Below are positions 58,568 through 64,000 of a stretch of DNA of 64,000 nucleotides, piece by piece. The notes under the pieces are model-generated. The model ran no database searches, was not told where the DNA came from, and was given only the letters and a program-made list of their open reading frames with translations. The first letter of the stretch is position 1, and each line of letters begins with the position of its first letter. The stretch covers positions 1-64,000 of the forward strand of contig OY253683.1 in the NCBI GenBank assembly GCA_958009085.1, in the 5' to 3' direction. The position numbers and the translations under genes are program-made. Source of the DNA: Protoeuglena noctilucae (Eukaryota).

Positions 58568-61500
58568 ATGCCTTCGTCGGTGATGCTCCTCGGGGACTGG
58601 GCGGAAGACGAGTTTCTACGCGCGTGCCATGCCGGGGACCTCAGCACAGGTGCCACCATCCCGACCAGCTCGCCCGCCGCGCGGCGAGCGTGCGCCAGCA
58701 AATCGACAGCATCTTTGCGTTCTCGCAGTCCGCGCCCTTGTGCATGTGGACCCGGAGCGCATCCTCCGCGCCGTGGCGCGCGCGCCCGTCGCGGGAGATG
58801 GGCGGGACTTGTCCCTCTCCCCCGCGCACCCGCTGGCCCTGGCGGCGGGCGGCGGCCATGGCGAGGTTCTGTCATACCTGTGGCAGCAGCTGGTCGCTGC
58901 CGGATTGGACGAGGTCGAGCTCTTCCGCGCCACGTGCGGCGTGTGCATGAAGGCCGGGCACTACGACGCCCTCCTTCCGCTCGTGCGCGCGTCGTCCGGC
59001 CGCAACCCGGCCCTCGCGCCCGCCATGCGCTCCGCACTGATCCGTTCCGCGGCTGCCCACGCCGAGGCGAGGCCGCTTGGCGGGGCGAGCGTTGCTTGGC
59101 AGCGCGTGCCACGCGCCCCGCCCCCTATCCCCGCCCATCCCTTGCCCGCAGGTCCCGGACCTGGAGGTGGGCCGCCGCCTCGCCGGGGTGCTGGCGTGTG
59201 CGGGGTTCGCCCCCGGGGACTGGGGCGACCTGATGCTGCACGCGCTGGAAGCAGGGAACGTGGCGGCCCTGTCAGTGGCCCTGGAGTTTGGGCCCTGGGA
59301 TGAGGCGCCGCCGCCCGACCCTCGGGACCTCCTGCGCAGCGTGGGCGTGTCGGGATCTCTGGACTGCCTGGCCGTGATGGCGGAGGCCGGGGACCTGCTG
59401 CCCCCGTGCCCCCGGGAGGCGCGGGAGGGACCCTGGGCGGAGTGCGTGATGGCCGCGGCAGTGCACGGGCACCTGCCGATGCTGGAGGTGCTGTGCGCGT
59501 GGATGGGCGGCGCGCTGCCGGACGAGTGGCCCGGGGGGCGCACGCTGGCGCATGCGGCGGCGCGGGGGGGGCGGCGCGAGGTGCTGCACTGGCTGCTGTC
59601 GGATCGGGGCTCTCGGCAGCTGCGGTTCGTCGACGACCAGGGCCGCAGCGTGCTCCACGAGGCGTGCGAGGGGCCGGACCCCGAGGGCACGCTCCGTGCG
59701 CTGCTGGCCAACCGGGGCATGCGGGCGCTGGTCAACGCCCGGGAAGCGCGGCGGGCGAGGACGGCGCTGCATTTGGCGGCGCGCAGGGGCGACGCGGGGG
59801 CGGTGCGGCTGCTGCTGGGGGTCGAGGGGACAGAGGCGGCCCCGAGGGACCACCGGGGGTGCACGCCTTTAGTGCTGGCATTGATGGGGGGGCATGAGGT
59901 GAGGGGCGAGGGAGTTATTGTCACTGCTGGCTGCTGTGGTGTGCGTTACCACATGCCAGCAGCTCTCACGGCAGCTCTTGTGAACTCCAAATGCCGCCCG
60001 CGCCTCTGCAGGGCGCGGCGGTTGCGATGCTGCGAGCGCGGGGCGCGGCCTGCGACGTTCACCGGGACCCACGGGGCTCTGCCCCGCTGCACCTGGCTGC
60101 GGCGAAGGGGATGGCCCGGGCCGTGGCGCTGGTGCTGGAGAGTGGGGCGGCACCCGATGCCCGCGTGCGTGGGTCTTCGGCATTAGACGTGGCGCAGGGG
60201 GAGTGCCGGTGAGAGAGCGGCAGTTCATGGGTGGCAGTCAGGTCACGATATCTGTGTGTTGTCATCAGCAAGACATGCGGGGTATCGCAGGCGCAGCAAC
60301 ATTGCCTGCAGGCAGGACCTGAACATGTTAGCATGGCAGCGGCACCCCAGCCCACCTCGCCCCCTCTGCCCCCGCAGGTCGCTGATTGAGCGCCACATCA
60401 AGTCCTCCCTTCCTCGCCCCTCCCCGGGCGCCCCCGCCTCCGCCTCCGCCGCTCGCCGCTCCCAGCCCAGCCGAGGGTCGCAGTCCCCATCCACCCCTCC
60501 CTCCGCCCGCACCATCCCCCGCCGCCCCGGCAGCCCCGCCTTGCCCCCCGCGCCCAGCAGCAGCGACGGGGACGCATCGCCGCCCGCGGCAGCTGCGTCC
60601 AAGCCCCCACCGCTCCGCCGCAGCCCCCGCGCGACTGTGCCTGGCAAGACTGGGCCGGCCCTGAGTGACGCGCCGGTCGGCACAGCACCGCCCCTCACCA
60701 CCACCAGCTCCCCGCCCCTGTCGCTCCCGCGGTCGCCTTCCAATGGCAGCGTGGGCAGCGTGGGCAGCCTCAGCGTCGAGAGCCTCAATGCCGTGAGCCC
60801 CGTGCGGGCGGACGAGGGAAGCGGCTCAAGCGAGGGGAGCACGGGCGGGGCGTACGCAGTCGCTGCTGACAATGCCAACGGCACAGTTGCGAGCGTCGGA
60901 GGGGCGGCGGGTGCTGCGGCGGGGGTAGGGGAGGGGCGTGGGGCTGCGGGTGGGTTGGGTGACGGTGCGAGTGGCGTGGGGTTGTCTCCGTCTCTGGGCT
61001 ACAGGGGCGAGGGCGTCGTGGGCGGCAAGGGACCCAAACAGGCGTCTCGTTCCTCGAGTGGCAAGTCCTTCACCTTCTCCCAGGGCGACGCGTCCCTGGG
61101 GAGCGACGGCAGCAGTGCGGGGACGGCCGAGGGCGGCGCAGAGGGCAGCGATGAGGGTGGCGGTGCAGCTGAGAGCGTCGGTGCAGCTGAGGGCGGCGGT
61201 GCGTTTGATGGCAGTGCTGATGCTGAGGGTATCGGTCCAGCTGTGGATATCAGTGCATCTGAGGGACCGCCCGAGTCCCACGCGGTGTCGCTGCCTGGGT
61301 CCCTGGCAGGGTCATCCAGCAGTGGCAGCGGGGCTGGGAGTGGCATGCATGAAGGCGCGGGTGCTGGGAACGGAGGCAGCCGCGACGCAGGGGCCGGATC
61401 ATTGAGCATGGGTGGTGGGACAGGGAGAGGGGCGGGGGAGGTGGTTGGTCCCATCTCTGTCCCGTCACCCACCGCCGCCCCCCGCCGCATCTCCCGCACC

Positions 61501-64000
61501 CCCTCCTTGACCCTGCCCATGCCCATCCCGCCCGCCCCGCCCCGCTCCCTGCCTTCCTCCACGGACCCATCCCCCAGCGAGGGCTCTCCCCCCACGCCAC
61601 CCCAGACCCTGGGCCACGCGATGCAGTCGCTGCCGTGGGACTCCGACCATGGCCCGAATTCAAACTCATCCGGGTCTGAAAGGGGCTCAGAGGAGGGGGG
61701 TATGCGTGCGGGGAGGGTTGTGGATGCGACAGGGTGGGGGAGGCCCCCTGGGCACGGCGGGGAGGGTGCGAATGAGGGTGCGAATACGGGAGTGGGCAGC
61801 AGCGGTGGCGATGGACGCGTTGACTGGCCCAGGGGTGCGGGCGCGGCATTCCTGGCACATTCGGATGTGGATCTGACCCTCGCGTCTGTGTCCACCGACT
61901 GCGCGAGCCCGGCGGGGGTGGTGAGGGGCGAGGGGGTGAGGGAGGGCGAGGGGGGAGATGGGGGTGCCACGGCGGGTGACCTGCCTGTGTCGAGGAATGG
62001 GCGTGGATCTGAGGCAGGGGCAGAAGCGGGTGCTGTGGGGGTGGGACCGCAGCCGTCGCCAAGTGCTGGTTTAACGCGGCAGGGATCGCAAACAACGACG
62101 AGTGGATTGGCGAGGCAGGGATCTCGGTCGTCGCTGGCTGCGGAGGTGGAGCGGACGCTGAGCGGGGGACAGGGATCGCCAGGGTCAGCGGCATCCGATG
62201 CCGGTGAGTCGCACCCACTCATGCATGCCGTGGCGTTACCATCAGTCGACAAACGACTTATGCTTGCTGCGACTGGCTAGCAGCGTAACTCCCTGCCCAC
62301 ATCGCTACCCCCGTCTCTCCCTCGCAGCAGAGGCCGTGCCCCGACTGACCCGGGCGACGTCGGTGGCGTCTCCTCTGGCGTCCCCTGGCGACTCGGCAGA
62401 TGGGTGAGGCATGCTATAAGGATAAGCAATGTTGACACAAGCACCACACCTGCCCATGCACGCACCACCCCCTGTGTCGCTCGTTCACCCGCGCTCCCTA
62501 CAACCACTCATCGCCTCCTCCCCTGCCCCCCCGCAGCCAACCCCGCGACCGCACCCCCACCCCGCCCCTCCGGCTGCTGGAGACCCGCGCTCGCCGCGCC
62601 CAGAGCCTCGTCCTGACGTCAGGCGAACGCAGCGACCGCCCCGCCCGCCCCGCCCGCGGCCCCTCGCGCCTCAAGAGCTCCAGCGGGGCGGGCATGGACG
62701 GCGCTGCCTCCGACGCTGCCGCTGAGTCAGACCCAGTCCCTGGCCCCGCGTCACCTCTCGCATCAGGCCCCGCATCTGCGGGCAGTGCCCCCCGCACCTC
62801 CATCTTCCGTGTCAAGCGCGGCGCGCCCTCGCCCCTGGCCCGCAGCGCCACCCTGCCCGCCCCCGGCCACAGCGCCAATGTCACCGCTCCCGCCCCGCCC
62901 CGCCCCTTGTCTCCTGAGGTCCTGGCCAGGCTGGGGCGGCTGGCGTCGAGGGGTCTTGGGGACCGGGGAGACGAGGGAGCTAAGCAGGGGAGCCGTGGTG
63001 CTTCAGGGAACGCGGGGGAGGGGTCTGGGGAGTCCCAGTCCGGGGTAGGGAGCGGGCCGTCGGGGGCGTGGGGGGCTGGGGGTGAGTCGGGAGGAGGGGA
63101 GAGCACGTGCGGGGAGCAAGAGGTGCAGGGGCCGCGGAGGGGGGTGGAGGGGACAGTGGCTGAGGCTGGGGGTGCGGTGAGCCGCAGTCGCCGCCCGCCA
63201 CGGTCGGGGAGTGGGGGTGGCAGTGGGGGTGGGGGTGACGATGCCTTGTCTGCCTCTGCCACTGCCTCCGCTGCTGTGTCTGCGTCTGCGTCGTTGCGGC
63301 GTGCCGTGTCGCGTTTGGACCGCCGGGTCGAGGCGGTGGAGGGCGGCGTGGCGGCATCCGTGGGGGCGGTGGGGGCGCAGCTGGGGCGGGTGATGGAGGG
63401 GGTGGCGGCGGCACAGCAGGAGCTGCGGGCGCTGGAAACGAGGATTGCAACGCACGTGGCGGCGGCGGAGTCGCGGTGGGAGGAGGCGGCGGAGCGGGAC
63501 CGCGGTGCGTGGGCGGGGCTGGCGGCGCGGGTGGGGCGAGTCGAGGCGGAGGGGGCGCGGTGGGCGGAGGCGGCGGTGGGGCTGGAGCGGGCGGTGGGGC
63601 GGTGCGTGGCGGCGGTGGAGGCGATGCGGGGGGAGCTGGGGGGCCGCGTGGACGCTGTGGAGAGGGCGCTGAGGGGGGACGGTCCCTCGATGGCGAGGGT
63701 GTCGGCCACGGTGGGCGACGTGGCGTTCCGGTGACTGGCGACGCGGGTGCTAGAGATTGGCTGTAAGCATCTGCATTCCCATAGCGTTGCTTGGCAATGG
63801 TGGATTGCGCACGACACGCGGCCCGCTCTATGCGGGTTCGCCGCCAGGCATCGAACCCGCCTGTTCTGTGCACCCAGGCTGTCGCTGATCGAGTCGGCAT
63901 TGGCGGGAAACGGCCCGGCACCCGTCGCCGTGGGGAGCGGTGGCAGGGGAGGGGCGGGACCGTCGCCGGAGCGGCCGGGTGCGTCGGAGAGGGGCGTCAG
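58568..64000 (+). CDS. Ankyrin-repeat protein with long S/G/P-rich disordered region and C-terminal coiled coil; 3'-partial
   Basis: HPLALAAGGGHGEVLSYL, GRTLAHAAARGG, GRSVLHEAC, RTALHLAARRGD, GCTPLVLALMGGH, SAPLHLAAAKG; the donor at 63730/63731 and acceptor at 63877 extend the coiled coil (DVAFR-LSLIESAL) to the window end. Confidence 0.8.

Noticed and set aside
63762..63766. TGTAA as poly(A) signal ending the ankyrin gene at 63734
   Set aside because: The stop overlaps a splice donor and an in-frame downstream exon continues the coiled coil, so TGTAA is probably intronic in the main isoform.

Overview
GC-rich eukaryotic nuclear DNA with spliceosomal introns, most consistent with a flagellated green alga (IFT22, a TTLL polyglutamylase, a NEK kinase, alpha-glucan phosphorylase, apparent plastid transit peptides). 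The species cannot be determined from the sequence. From 1 to ~35.6 kb it is compact, with mostly 80-150 nt introns and many head-to-head pairs: a partial coiled-coil gene, EAF6, an FNR-like oxidoreductase, a hypothetical gene, RPN1, mitochondrial uL4, NDUFV1, TTLL, a NEK-DEP-DUF547 fusion kinase, NDUFA1, ATG3, a rhodanese, RsmG, IFT22, RUVBL2 and a membrane-anchored coiled-coil protein with AEAAK repeats. From ~36 to 64 kb it is looser and repeat-rich: a giant heptad-repeat coiled-coil gene, an ACT-domain glucan phosphorylase spanning a 200-N gap, a tRNA-Gly(TCC) flanked by a tRNA-headed SINE-like element (plus a 5'-truncated second copy) and a 5'-truncated L1/Tx1-type LINE, an ankyrin pseudogene and a large ankyrin gene running off the end. 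Main observations: (1) repeated short duplications of splice junctions inside phosphorylase introns, one resembling the spliced exon-exon junction; (2) roughly one intron in ten appears to use a GC donor; (3) retroelements clustered on both sides of a tRNA gene; (4) the NEK-DEP-DUF547 architecture; (5) an RsmG intron with no usable AG acceptor. Exon boundaries were read by eye; no database search was run.
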